64,000 nt of DNA from Paramecium tetraurelia (taxonomy: Eukaryota), in contig CT868004.1 of assembly GCA_000165425.1 (NCBI GenBank), positions 62,001 to 126,000 on the forward strand, in the 5' to 3' direction. Each line of letters opens with the position of its first letter. The first letter of the stretch is position 1. The notes under the pieces were generated by a model that was not told the origin of the DNA, did not search any database, and was given only the letters and a program-made list of their open reading frames with translations. The translations under genes and the position numbers were made by a program. This document shows, in pieces, positions 1 to 14,417 of the stretch.

Positions 1-96
1 CAAATTGGTTAGGCGAAAATTATTGACTTCACATTTCTACTTAAGACTGTTAAATTTCTATAGATATGAAAATCCTTTTTAATTTTTTTCTTTAAA

Positions 97-516
97 ATGA
101 TGTAGCTTAAAGAATCAAACCATTCTGAGAGCAACGACTTCACTTATTAGTTAAAATCACAAATAAATTTTTCTGATAAGGTTATTGATAACTGCATGGT
201 AATTGATTTCATTTGGAGAAAAAAATATAAAAATCAAACCTGTTAATTTTACAATATTTACTGTGGATCCTTTTTTAGCTTAATGAGTCATAGAGTGAGC
301 TAGGTAGCAATATCTGAGAATTTTTGGATGTATTTCCACTTACCAAGAAATGAACATTTTATTGTACATTTCAATATGAATTAATATAGGTCATATCACT
401 TCTAAAATTTGATTAATGATTCATCTGGAATTCAATTTGAAGTTCACTCACTCTTAAAGTCTCAAACTTATAAAGTTTATGTTGAACTTTAATTTTCTCC
501 AAAAAATCTATTCTGA
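97..516 (+). CDS. Possible hypothetical protein, 139 aa (MMQLKESNHSESNDFTYQLK...FSPKNLF)
   Basis: ATG-to-TGA open frame under code 6 with no recognisable motif. With a single stop codon, an ORF this long can arise by chance. Confidence 0.3.
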
Positions 517-848
517 TTGAAATTTCAATACAGATGATTTAATTGGTTGATTTCATGCTCAATTATAGTGCATATCTTGTATTTGAAGTAGTTTCTAATT
601 ATGTTTTACATTTAAAAATTAGCTGATATTTTAATACAGCATATATTAACTCAATACATTAATTTATTGATCATAAACAAGATTATAAAGATCATGAATA
701 AAAGGTTGTGATAAGCTAATAGTATAGGTATTACAATTATTGCTTATTTGTTTTTAAACAATTTATTAATAACTGGAATTTAGTAGAAGTTATATTAATA
801 AATAGTAAATAATATTTTTAAATTTACAAAATTAGTCTTAGATATTTG

Positions 849-1079
849 ATGGGAGTGGAGCTGTGTTCTTAAATACCAACTGAGTGTTTTGCTATTATCA
901 TAATACAATCAGGCGCAATCATAATTTTGATGCTTCTAATATTATTGATGTATCGATATTAAATAGTCCACAAATTGCATCCAATTATGATAGTTGATGT
1001 TGAGCCAATCAAATTAAATAAATTGCAAAATATAGCAAATTGTGATATGTCATACGATTCAACTATGCATTAATAATGA
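849..1079 (+). CDS. Small single-pass membrane protein, 76 aa
   Basis: Code-6 ORF MGVELCSQIPTECFAIIIIQSGAIIILMLLILLMYRYQIVHKLHP...MHQQ*. One clean hydrophobic helix followed by basic residues; flanks are AT-rich. Confidence 0.6.
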
Positions 1080-1191
1080 TATACTTTTATTTTTAAATAA
1101 TTAAGCAATTTTGAATACATTTATTTATGAAGAATTGAAACCAAAGGTTATATAAAAATAATCATAATTATCTAATAATTTTACACAAAGA

Positions 1192-4100
1192 TCAAACGAG
1201 ATTTTCTTTAGCAATTAGCTATCTGAGCTGTCTTTCAAATAAATCATCAATAAATAATGCAGCCTATGGTAACAAGATTGTTAATTTCTTAATGTTTTAA
1301 TATTCGATAAAATACTGGTTTCGAACAAATATAAGAACAAACAATATCTTAAGGCAGGTAAACACTAAATAAAAAATGGATACAATCTATGATATATGAT
1401 TCTAGAATTACTTAAATAGTCATATTTAATTAATCTGCTTCTTCTGAAAGTCCTGTTTTAATGGTGTCCAACACACCCATAATGATCACACTCAAATAAA
1501 TTCCAATCTCTATCTCATTAAATGGTGTACTCGCTCTTTAAGTAAATAATTAGGAATTATTCATTTCTGTCAGTAATATGTTTCTCACTTTGTTTATAGT
1601 TATGGATAGACCTCTATCCATAACATTGTCATAGAGTTGTTTGCATAAAAATTGTTATTTCAAATCAAATGTTTTCTAAATACTTTCAACCTCACACAGT
1701 GTTTGATTGTTCAAGTCCAACAAGTTTTAGTCATTGTAATTACTATCAGCAATTGTGTAGGTTTATAGAAAATTGCTCAAACTATCCAAACTACCTTGTA
1801 TGATTTGTAAATATTGGTCAGTTAGATTTTAAGATATATATTCATATCCATTAAAGTTATTACTTTTAAAATACAATATTTCTCTTAAACTATAAGCTTT
1901 AGGAATAGACAATCCAAGTTCTCCAATTTGGTTGTATTGCAAACTCTTCTCTTGATAGTAATCCATAAACTGAATTCCTTAAAAGTTCATTATGAACGAA
2001 TAAATAAAGAAAACGCAAAATAGAGTTGAGTATAAAATAAAACTGCCCAGTCTACTTAATAATAGCTTTTATTTCGAATCCAATTTCATGAATCCTGTTC
2101 TCTTGATCTTGTCTTGTATTATGTGTTTCTTTGATAATTCACTTCTAAAGAATCTTTCCTTCAAAAATATGTTAAACTTGTATCTGAACATTAAATTGGA
2201 ATCTTTATTAAGTAAACCCAACAACTCCTTGCATCTTTCCAAGTCTCTTAACACCCAAACTACATCTACTTTCTGAAACAACTTCAGGACTTTGGAGTAT
2301 TTCCGTATGTGTTTAATGTACAATAGCCATGCTGACAGTTGAAATAATAGAATTAAATAAGTGCACCTAAGACAAAGTAAAATCCACTTTTCTTATAATA
2401 ACAAATTATTATCACTAATATACGTTACTATTTCAGTGTTTAAGTTAAGAATTTCTTTATTGACATCATCCAAATTTACTAAATATGATATTAACTATTA
2501 TATCATTTGATCTAGACCATTCTCCTATGTAAAAATGGATTAAAAATTATATTAGTATTGGATGATTTGAAAAATTGCTTCTCTTAATGAAATTTATTCA
2601 CTTGTAAATTCATTGCCTTCAATGTATTTAAAGTCCATTAGAGTAGTTGAAAGGTCTTACTGAAGCAAATTACCTTTAGATTATAAGGAGTAACTTTGTT
2701 TAATATTTACGAATGATTGGTTTATAGTAAATTAATGATATTGTATTAATGATGATATGCTCTATTGCTAATTATGTTCAAATGATCCATTCATGTAATT
2801 ATACGTAGAAGCAAATGAGGATAAAAATAAATAGCAAGGGTTCATAAACGAAGTGTAGAATTCTAACATTTACATTTAACTCAAGGCACTATAGATGTCT
2901 GTACTCGAATTATTAATTAAGATGATCGCAAAGATAATTGATATCAATGACACAATTAAAAGTGAGAAAATCATTAAATCGAACATAATAGAGAATTTAA
3001 CAGATGAGACAATCTATTGCAGCAAATCATACTTTTTAAACAGCTAAAAGTTTTATGAAAACGTTCCCAAAGTGCTTGATGCTGCATTATCCAAATTAAT
3101 TTTCTTAGCTTGTAAAGATGTCTAATTTTCTTCATTTAATTATTATCTTAAATTTTCTCTGATTTCAGCATTTAATTAGTTTTATTCATTATTATATTTT
3201 GCAAATCCTCTCTCAACATGCGATTGGTTGGATTGTGATTATTCCTTTTCTTTCTCCTCATTTTAATTTTAAAAGAATCTTTGTTAACAACTCAGATTCA
3301 TTTAGTGAGTTGCAAAACTATTCGTTTTATCAATCAATTACCTATTACTTCTGCCAGGACTAATTAAGTCATATTATTATATGGATTCCGAAATTAGTTG
3401 CCGTTATTGCAGTGATACAATTCTATTAGTATCTATTTAATCAGTATTTTCATTTATTTCTTCCTAAATATAACAATCATTTTGGACTTCTATTTCCTTT
3501 TTTAATTTAGGAAATAAATCATTATTATACAAATTAGGCTATTGTATATGAAATTCTTCAATAAATTCGTAGTGTTCTTATTCAAAATTATCGAAATCAT
3601 TGGATTCCTATTATATCGACTTTTTCGATTCTACAACATTTTTGATTTCAATAATTGAATGTGTTAGTTTATTAGTAACAACTATGTTTGCATAATAAAA
3701 TCTAATTTAATCATTATTTTTCTTAATCTAAGCACTCTCATTTTATAAAGATTTTTAAACAGTTTGGTTTTTATCATTGTATACAATTTAAACATTGGAG
3801 AAAGATTGACTTTTACCAATTTTATTGTTATCAATTAAATTGAAGAATTCCGGTATTATTAATTGAATATCCGTTAAATATAACAAATCTGGCAATTTTG
3901 ACTACTCAATCTCCTAAAGTTTTAATTGCTTACAGAATTCCCTGGTTACACCTAATATTAGATGTTTATTATTTAAGATAAGATATGAGTTGACTCCATT
4001 GTTCTCAGAGAAAAACACTTAGAAAGTCAATTCTTATAATTTTGTTAGATCAAAATCAAAGAAAAAATCTACTGGGCATAAAAAGGAATCTCTTTATAAA

Positions 4101-6286
4101 ATTAAATTCACATTTTATTCTCTGAAGAATTTTGATCTCCCAGAGATTAAGAAATCTTCAATCAAGTGTTTGTGTATGGATTAAAATCCTCTTGGCAATA
4201 ATGATAGAATAGATTTGATTTCCTTCAGTTCTTATTAATCATAATCAAATATCTTATGCATTTAATGTGATCTTTCCACTATCTACAAACCTGTCCCTTA
4301 ATGATCCATAATTAAGATCATGTAATGTAATTAAGTAGTTAGTAAATCAACTTAGTAATTTCTTTAAATCTTTATTAAAGCATTATCTGATATTGCATTA
4401 TAGTTAATAATCCTGTAAGCTTACATAAAATTATTTAAGATTTCAGCACAGTAAAATGAATATATAGATTGCATTTTCTTGCTTGGGAACTCTTAAAACA
4501 AATGCTGTAATTCATTTTCCATAAAGTTTATTCTTCTGATCAGATCTAGGCATTGATGCAAGAATCTTTCTGGATTCAATCTTTTAGTTGAAGACATTAT
4601 CATAAATATATCTTTCTTTCTGTTTATAATATTTGTGATATTCTGCTTCAATTGTTGATGTTGCTCCTCGACTTTCATAAATAATTGAACACTTTGACTT
4701 AATTGAGTCTTTTAGATTACATTCCCAAAACTAAAACTCGAAATTAAATTTTATTTGGCTATCTCTAATATAATACTGATTTTAATTTGATTAATGTAGG
4801 AGATATGATTTAAGGAGATCTTTTCAAGTCTATGGATCATATCAGAGTTGCTCTTCTTCTTATAGACATTCTAATTCTCTTCAACCGTCAATGAATAAGT
4901 AGTTTGTTCACTAAAGATATTTTACTGGTCACTCATTGAATGAACGCTTTGCTTGAGTAATAAGATATTAGTTTGCTGATACGCCTTGACTGATTAGTTT
5001 ATTGCTATGAGACTCTAGATATAAAATAGACAGAAGAATCCCTTAAGTCCTTAATCTGTTAATTTATTGATAGATTTGCCAAAATCTAAGATTAATTGCC
5101 TCAAGTATAGTTGTTTTAATTTTATTTCATTTTCCGATCCTTATTTTTTACATGCACATGACTTATCTATGCAATTATTCTTATGATGAAATAAAAATAA
5201 GGAGAGAGTGAATTATTAAACTCGATTCAATTGATTCTTGGATGAAAATACAGTGATTAAATATTGTTGTGTTTGAGTGGTTTGATTTTCTGGGAGCCTA
5301 ACAAGGAGATGGAAATCTTTCTTTTTGATTATTGATTAACTTAATGCTATGGTTAGGCTAGGTATTATAATTATTATGATTATTAAATTTTGCTTTTCTT
5401 CAATAAAATTATTCCCAATTAAAATTGTTGAGATGGATATAAATGCTACATTCAAATTGATTAAGTAATCTTGTATGTTGCTAACGTATTGATATTTTTT
5501 TAATAATTAATTTAATTTAAAAACTGATTAAAATACAAATAAAATAACAATTAGATAATTCTTGACCTCTTTTTCTAAAGTCAAGCAGTCAATTATCACC
5601 ATAAAGTAAATTAGAAATGTGTAAAAGTAATCTAGTCCCTGAAATATAAGCACTTTAAAATTGAACAAATGTAAGGTAATTGCCTCCTTCACAAACATTA
5701 AATATAATAATTGAATCCACAAGATGAGGATAAGGGTCAACAGTGAAAACAGCGTGTTAATAAACTCTGTAGCTCCAAAGAAGCCCTTGCTAATGTTTGT
5801 TTGAATTGAATAACACGCCAACTGAATGCAGGGTATGCATAGTAGTTTGTCAAAAATCGATAAAAACACTAAACTAAAACTATGAAAAATAAGTTTAATA
5901 TTATTGCTCTTCATCACGTATTCCATTATGCTTTTGGATGACTGGTTGGAAAATAGAAAAAATGTAATCAATTAGTGGAATATGTATAAGGAGATCAATG
6001 CTAATGGAATTATGTAGGAATAGTAAAAAAAGTTATCTTCAAAAATTAATTTATAAGGCCTTGAAATCATCGAAAGAAAATTCAAACCGTAATCAATATT
6101 CATCAATGGTAATTGAAGTAATTCTTGGTTTAAATTTAACACAACAACTCCAAAAATCTAAAATTCTGAAATCAAATGAATCAAATACAACCACAATTTG
6201 CTAAACTTAATAAAATGTATTTCAAGTAAAATGTGGTAACTTGCAACATAATAGTTAAAGTTTTTCAATTATTTAAATTGCTTCAT
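1192..6286 (-). CDS. Large multipass membrane protein with PAS domain (TmcB/TmcC-like ciliate PAS S-box family), about 1689 aa
   Basis: One frame from ATG 6286 (MKQFKQLKNF) joins track ORFs 5528-5971, 4493-4678 and 2069-2323 across TAA/TAG. One 25-nt intron at 1387-1411 (GTAATT..CATAG). N-terminal TM bundle, PAS core 'SILSLLPRGFQSIHKHLIEDFLISGRSKFFREQNVNLILQRDSFLCPV' (about 4070-4220), C-terminal TMs and 'KKLTILLPQ' tail; TGA at 1192. Confidence 0.85.
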
Positions 6287-7595
6287 GTCCTAAATTTGGT
6301 TTAGCTAATAACTTTATAATCTAATTTAATTTTATATAAATTCAATTCACAAATCAACACCAAAACCAAGAATCCGTAATTTTTCTAATTTCTGAATATT
6401 TGCTATTTCATTTTTAATTCCAACTCAGATTAATTTGAATTTCTTGTATGAAATAATAATTTAGATCAAAAATATGACTAGTTTTAATTATTGATATCAT
6501 CAATGATTATAAATTGAAATTCATTCATTTAAAGCAAGTCTAAATTTTACAAGATATATATCCTGCATATTAGTTCACTTTTATCAAGAATTATATACAA
6601 ATGAAATTCACATCTATAATAAATATTTAATAAGAGAAATTACAATTGTTATTCATGTTTATGAAAACCGGTAAAGAGATGATAAAGAAGAAATTGCTTT
6701 CTTATTTGGAGAAATGCGAATTCAATAAATAAGTGATATATGATTATACATTTAAAGATTGAAATTTATACTTATGATGTTGTCAATATAATATGAAAAA
6801 AATCTATTAAATTAAACGACTATATTGTATATCAAAAAGATTAATGAAAAATAATATCGAATTGAGATGACCAATAAATGTATGCAGGCTTAAAAAATTG
6901 TTTGATCATCAATAATGGAAAGGGATGGTAAATGAATCGATCAATTGATGACTAATGAATCAATTCAGCTCGAAATTTATTGTAATATCATAAATCATAT
7001 ATATATCATTTTTGTTACATTTACTAGAGCTCTATTTGCTATTGATATCATGATTGTAATTGAAAAGCTATCTACTTTAGCCAAATAGAGTGTCAATTTC
7101 AGAGCCCCTCTAGATTATCCTTTTTAAAATAATAGATTGCAGAAATGAAGTACACATAAAGATTGATTGGATCTAAACTTAGGAATATAAAATAAACAAA
7201 TATCTGGCTATTTTCATCTGGTATTTGTTTCGGCCTACAGTTTGAGATCTTTATGTGTACAGATTACGTTATATAATATCTTGAAAATGTGGTTCACATG
7301 TTGCATTGATTATGCTAATAGAGAGTGAAATTAGAAAATGGATAGTAAATCCACTGTTTGGGTGTCATAATCAAATAGTAATTATCTATATTGCATATAG
7401 TGCTAATGAGTATTATTCTTCAAAAATAAATTTAAATTAATTTTATTATCAAAAAAATTCATTATGTAAAATCAACAAGATTAATTTGAGTTGAATTTCA
7501 ATCTGTCATATTCTTTGGATTAGAACTAGGATTTCTACAAATTGCCGAATTAAATTTAATGTAATTTTCAAGGTTTAAAAACCAATTTAAATGTA

Positions 7596-10500
7596 ATGTC
7601 TAATTAACTTTAGATTGATTCAAAAGTAAAGTAATTGCCTCAAGATGTTCAAGACTCCACATATTAAAGTGCAATAGCGTTGTCGTAGTATCTCAAAATT
7701 TGGGATGTCGATCATCAATAGATTGATTACTTCTATCCATTTTAGCTTCCTCCGTCCTCGTTTATCGGGAACTGCCAAATATTTCCTCATAGACCTGACT
7801 TATTATAGGTTGATCAAGAATTTATGATTAGAACGAATACCATTAAGTGTAGGATCTGAGCAATACATAAATTTCCTAAATTTTCCAGTCTGGTACATTT
7901 GAAATACAATCGATGCAATTTCAAATCCCGTATGTTTGGCAAATATCCTCATTCATAGTCAAAGGTAATTTGAATCTTTTAAATATAGGACGATAAAATA
8001 TTACGAAAAGTTATTTTTCAGACATTGGGATGGCATATCACATTTACAAATTTGAGAAAAACTCAATCTACAATGAGAGAGATAGCAAGGGTAGGGAATG
8101 TACTATTCGTTGTTCTATTTACAATATCTTCTCTGTAAGATATGCATTTAAAATAGAAATTAACATTATATCTAAGTTTACTAATTGGATTTCGAGAAAC
8201 CTATATAGATATTGATATTCCTTAATTAAAAAACTAAATTGAAGCTAAAAGATAGATTGAATTGAAATAATCGGATTATTACAAAAGATAAATATATGAA
8301 TATTTGTATTTTGAGAACAATGAACAATCCAAAGCTGCGGCAGACAATTAGTTGACCAAATTAATGCTCATTTAAACTGAATTCAGAGACCATCAACAAG
8401 GTTTGAAATTATCAATTCAAAATTAATTCGACTATTTAGTTGAGTAATTTGGGCATAATCAAAAATTCGATGACCATGAGGAGTAGAAGGAATACTTAGA
8501 AAATATTAACGAATAAATTAAGCTATTAGAAAGGGATTATCTAAAAGAATACGAAATTTAAGTAGATATATAATAGGATGTTAACGAATAAATAAATAAT
8601 GCAACCAGTCTTGCTCAACTCAAGTTTTGGCAAAGTAAGTTGGGAAATGAATTGCCTTTAGTTAGTAACATTAATGAGTTGAATGAATGTGGTCGAGCCT
8701 TAAGGTATTACCAACAATTATTAGACGTAAGCTCATTTATTTATGGTTAGAATGAATTACAACAATAGATGGATGAATTTGAAAAGAAATTAATACAAGA
8801 CCATCCTATACGTATAAAGTCTTATCATTTTCTTGCTGAGTAAAGGGCTCAATATAGAAAGTAGATGAAGACATAACTTAAAGAGAAATATAGAATCCTA
8901 TTGATTGAGGATTTAAAAAAATAAAACATTAAAGAAGTAGAATTATATTTGAACTACCTCCAATAGAAGGCTCAACTAAAATAGGAATTGCAATTATCAA
9001 TTGAAAAGATTGAAAAGGAATCCAAAAGAATTAATATTAGTATCGACGTGTAATTATATCAAAATACTTTAATTAGAACTCGTAGATGTTTCCCTCCTTA
9101 TAATATTATTAAAACTGGAGATTACTATAGCTTAGAACGAACGAGGACTTACTTTGTTGATTCAAGTTTTCCCTTGTGGAAGTTCTATCTGATGATAGTG
9201 AGATACTTTGCTTGGACAGCCAATGTTACCTTTTGGTTATTCGCAAATGGCATCTCTGGACCTTTGGGAATTAGAGCGTTAGTTTAATGCAAGTATAATA
9301 TTATATCATTCAGTGTTTTCTATCCAGATGTGTAAATAAATGAGAGAACTGGGGTAGTGAGCAGATCAAATTATTCGGTCACTCCAGTAGTGGTTCATAT
9401 GGGTAATGTGTGTAAAGGCATGAGTCGATCAAGAAGAGAATTTGAAGGCTCACCTGATACAGGTTTCTTTGGTAAGAACTGTGCTCGTATTTGTAATTAC
9501 GTTGAAGTTTACTTTTTCCGTTTTTTAATAGTTGGAATTGTTGGAGTTTTAATAGTTATCCCTGCATTGATCATTGCTAATTTCGTCATCTCATTAGTTT
9601 TAGCCTTAACAGCTTGGGCTTGGATACCATTTGTATTAATAATAAGGTTCGTATCATATTATTAATTAAATTAGTTATCTATTTTAACTATTGATTTTTG
9701 ATTTTGATTGTTCAGAGAGATAAGATTGGAATCTTTTATCAACACCAATTTGGTTCCCTTTATTTTTGAATACTTTTGATTTTATTGTTAAAGGAGTCCT
9801 AAATTTGATATGGAATTTACTTATTTGTTTTATCATTCTACCTATAAGCAGCATATTTATGGTTTTATTTGGACACTTAAGATATATATTTAGATCTCTA
9901 TATGACTGCTTAATGATAATTGTATAAAAATATTTTAACAGATTAGTTTGTTAAATGTTTGGGTAGAGTTCCTGCTACAGAAAATTGGTTGGCTTGGAAA
10001 GTGTCTGGTCCTGGAATATCTAGATAATATTACTTTACAGTAAAGATTAATGAATTATGTTAGATAAAAAATGAAGAAGCGTTGATATTGGTTGCAGGTG
10101 AATTAGAAAAGTGCGTATTGAAAGAATATCAGAGGAGAGTTGAAGAAGAAATTAATGGTCCTTAAAAATAAGTATAATCTGTTATGAATAACTTTTTCTC
10201 TGTTTTTGGGGTATTTTAAATTCTATTTGAAATTTAGGCTTCTTATAGTTTTCATGATAGAGGATGTGATAAGCTGATACAGAGTTTAAATTAATAGATT
10301 AGTTCAAGAATTTCAATTTTACCACAGATTTCTAATAATATTAGATTTAATGAATCTGAATTAATCGTTATTAGGATGCTTATTAAACAACTAATTAAGA
10401 ATTAGATAAAATTAAAGGACATGAAAAATTATATTTGGAAACACTATTAAGTGTAGAAGGGAGATTACAATGAGTTGACATCGGAATTATTGAAAAAATG

Positions 10501-10867
10501 TTTTGGTCATTAGGTTCTATCACCTTTAGAAGATATAGATTTAAGATTTTCATTAGTATTCAATATATATAAATAAAACAGTAAACAGATGAGAATTACA
10601 GCATATCAAAAAAGATATCCAAGGCTTTGGAAGGACAAGTAAATTTGAATTAACCAACAAACTTTGTTGTAAAATCAAATAGTGTTTCTAAGAAATCGGT
10701 CATTGTAAAACAGTTTTTAGAGTTTTCTGGAGTATAAATAATTATATATCTAGACCATCCAAGAAGTGTGGGGATGTTAATCTATATATCAAAATTGGTC
10801 AACATTGTCAGACAAATCTAAAAGATTTTTCATCAATTATTGTTTAAGAGTTAATTAGGAAGCATGA
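7596..10867 (+). CDS. Uncharacterised protein: coiled-coil region followed by a multi-TM domain
   Basis: Multi-exon code-6 gene with introns such as 7809-7831, 7965-7988 and 10556-10581; includes track ORFs 8030 and 9357. Motifs FPLWKF, GPLGIRAL, RREFEGSPDTGFFGK, RVPATENWLAWKVSGPG. Confidence 0.8.
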
Positions 10868-11142
10868 ATAAATTGTTATAAAAAATTGTTATAAAATTAT
10901 GAAATTTCTTTATATTTTTGTAGAGCTTATTGTTATTAATCACTTTTTAATTTTAATTATATTAAATTTGGCATTTCAAATTATGGATAATAATAGATCC
11001 ATAAAAAGAATGAAAGTTAGATAACCCAGAATATAAATTAGTTTTTAATTAATTAATAAATATATTTATAACCAAAGTGATCTCCAAGTGATGGGAAATG
11101 TAAGGATTAAGAATTTATTTGTGTTTCAAATGAATAATAAAA

Positions 11143-12107
11143 TCAATAATCATATTTCACCTTTTCTTCCAATTTTGCTCTTTTGGTATTTACTAATCCA
11201 ATATATTCACACATCTAAATAAATGAGCATGTTGGGTTAATCATCCACCACTCATTTTTAGAGGCTCTCCAATCTCTTGGATATTCGTGATGCCAGTTAT
11301 GCCATCCTTCACCCAAGGTAATCAAAGAGACAAAGATGTTATCTCTTGGTTCAATTCTTGGATTCCACTTTCTACTTCCATAAAAATGACAGATTGAATT
11401 AACGCACCTAAATTATTAAATTATGGAATACCATGTTGCATTCAATGTGAAGATGTATTTTCCGAAGCCTAAGAACAAAAGACTGAAGAACCACTTGTCA
11501 CTTATTATCAAACCAGTCAAGGTTGGAATGATAAATGCCCAAAGGAAAGCCATTTTATAATAATGTCTCTTTTAGAACATTACAACGGAATCAGCTTTCA
11601 AATCAGATAAATCAAGCTTCATTCCCTCATCAACCAATTCCTTGCTCTTATTCTTCAATAACCATCCGCAATGAGAGAAAAATATGCCTGATTATGAATT
11701 GTGTGGATCCAATGGGGTATCCTTTAATTAAATTAAGTTCATACACTAAACTTGTGGTGAAGTCTGTGATCTCTACTCCAATGCCAAATACTTCCTTAGA
11801 AACAATTCGAATTCATAAACATCAAGAAAACTCTAATTGGCCATGATGCTTTATATGATTTATGTGCCCATAATCTGTGAGCTCCACCTGTGATTCCTAA
11901 TCCTGTAAGGCAATGCCAGATTAAGAATGCCTAAATTTAATGAAAATTAGTTACAAGGTAGTATTTATAAAACAATTCTGACTCCAAAAAGAAGCTCCAA
12001 ATTATACCGATTACACCTAAAACGTGACAGTACAACAACCATCCAGACTCAATTAGTTTGATATCTTTTTTCTCGCAGTACTTGACAATGGTCTCAAATA
12101 TTTACAT
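11143..12107 (-). CDS. SCD: Acyl-CoA delta-9 (stearoyl-CoA) desaturase
   Basis: Three His boxes: GITGGAHRLWAHKSY, WSRDHRLHHKF..DPHN and GEGWHNWHHEYPRDW. Short GT-AG introns; no cytochrome b5 fusion. Confidence 0.95.
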
Positions 12108-12771
12108 AAATATTATATTTTATTAGATTCTTTATTATTCACTGTGCTTATAAACCAAGGAATGACGTATAATTATTAAAATATTTAGAAAATAATTTAT
12201 TCCAATAAAAATATAAATCATTAGATAATTATACCATTTTTATTATTATAATAATAGAATTCTCTATCTTAATTACTTTGCCGACTAAATTTAACAATAA
12301 CCAAAACAAATTTAAGTGGAAAAATATTTATCATAAAACTAGCTAATTCAAGATATTGTTAAAATTACACATTCTTGTTCAACTTTTCTACATTTTGTGA
12401 ATCAAACTAGGTTGCAAATATTTGAAATTGACACCAAAATAATACAAAGAAAGAAACTATAATTTTGTATGTATTAGAGGATAATTGCAAATTTCGAATT
12501 TACAAACTTCAATTAGAGATATAACTTATCAACCTTATCTTGTAAATAATGAACTTAATGAGAAAAGATAGTATATTAATAAAAGAGATGGTTTTAACAC
12601 AAAATAATACGTATTTGACCATGTAACTTATTTTTATATCTTGAAAAAATACAAAATATTTTAAACACAACCGTAATAATATGGATACACTATGTAGAGA
12701 TAGAGTCAGATGTTAATATTTATTATCAATCGAATATATAATATCAGATTACAAATCGAATATGTATAAAA

Positions 12772-14123
12772 TCATTATTGAAACCATTAATCTTTTATTA
12801 TCTAATGTTACAGATGATATCAGTACTTCCTTTGTATTGCATCTCTCATACGACCTAACTCTCAACATATTATTAATTAGTCTCTAGGCCTATTAAGATA
12901 TTCCATTGGATGAGAAGATGCCTGTTTTGATTTTTGAGAACAGCTCTTTTTGTTCTTTCCCTTGAAAAGGAAACTTCCCATGTAACATCACATATAGTAA
13001 GATTCCTAATGACCAGATATCAGCAGGTTTTCCATAATCAATTTTTAATATAATCTCTGGGGCCATGTATCTAGTAATTTTATGAAAGTGATTACGAAGG
13101 AGTTCCACAAAATGAAGTAGTTTTATGTTCGATGAACGAGCTGAAACCAAAGTCAATCAGTTTAATTTTGTTGTCTTTAATCAAAATATTTTCCAATTTG
13201 ATATCCCGATGTATCTAACCTTGGATATATAATATGTACGATGTTTTTGGAATGGCAATAGTCAATAGCTTTAACAACTTAGAGAAAGATATTCTTGGCC
13301 TCGGTTTCTGGGATCAACTTATTTGGTTGTTATTTAAGATATGCTCTTAATGACAATGGACCAACATATTCCATAACTAATTGCACTTGGGTCTGAATAT
13401 TAAAAGATATACATCAGTGTAAATTACGTCAAGCAATTGAACAATATTGGGATGTTACAATGATTACAGAATTTAAATTTCCTTCCTTATGTATTCTTTT
13501 TTTGAAATAATTTTTATCCTTTCGTAAATCTTTATTGCTACTTGCTACCCATTTAATAAATTTAAGCCCATCTTAACAATCCCGTAACTGCCTTATCCAA
13601 TCTGTTCTTGTATAAGGTAGTTTTGTATGTTATTTGAGAAATGCTGTGAAGGTATTGTATATCCACCTGCAGTTTATGGTCTTCTTTTTTTCCTTGATGT
13701 TCTATTTAATTAACTATTAGCCAATTCTTGTAGCAACTCGATTGATTTATTATCCATTTCTTAACTGATTAATGGTTATTAATTTCTCTTGATGGGACTT
13801 CTGATTCGAATTACTGTTGATCTATTAGTTGGTTGTGTTACGATTATTGTTGGTGGTTTGTAGGATGCTTTGGGGGAGGGTTTGGTTTGGAAAAAACTTT
13901 TTAAAGGCTTCGTGTTTTATTATCTTGGGGATAAAATTTTTGGTGATTATAATCTCTTTTTTGGTATGAAATTTCTCCTTCTTAAATCTTAACTTGGTTT
14001 TTATTAAGTATTTGAAATGGCAGTAAGAAGAGGTTACGGATTTTAAAATTACCCAAAGTAAATCCCATTCGAAATTACCTAAGAGGAACGAGTAGTTTTA
14101 TTTTGAGAAGATAACCTTTTCAT
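12772..14123 (-). CDS. Ser/Thr protein kinase, CAMK group (MARK/AMPK-like), with low-complexity N-terminal extension
   Basis: [34 protein letters not shown] and DIWSLG are recovered after removing tiny introns; includes track ORF 12893-13156. Confidence 0.93.
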
Positions 14124-14417
14124 TAAAAATTAATATTAAATATATTATTTATTTAGACTTAATCACATCCACTAAAGCAGAAATGTCTTTATATAAATAA
14201 TTTATTAAGAATATTTTAGAATAGGCATTCATTATTCTAAAATCAATTCATAAGTTTGTATTTAAGAGTGTAATAAAACCCCAGTTTCATTATTCCGTAA
14301 TTTAGATTCAAAGAATTCGATTTCTTTATAATGTAGAAATCTTCAATATTGGCTATCAAACCTATAGGAACTTAATTATATTGTGTTTTTTTATTCATAT
14401 TATATATTTCATCCCCT

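Noticed and set aside
2088..2276. Track ORFs antisense to real genes (2088+, 5998+, 11535+, 17124-, 17654+, 24143-, 24376-, 26748+, 33238-, 38504-, 39654-, 40859-, 41865-, 47901-, 48513-, 52592-, 55330+, 57210+)
   Set aside because: They are shadows of code-6 genes on the opposite strand and carry no motifs of their own.
6300..7590. Possible gene in the gap between the PAS gene and the gene at 7596
   Set aside because: Only short frames broken by TGA, with no consistent exon structure or motif.
10870..10897. Short tandem duplication of AAATTGTTATAAA
   Set aside because: Two copies in an AT-rich 3' region; ordinary slippage, not an array.
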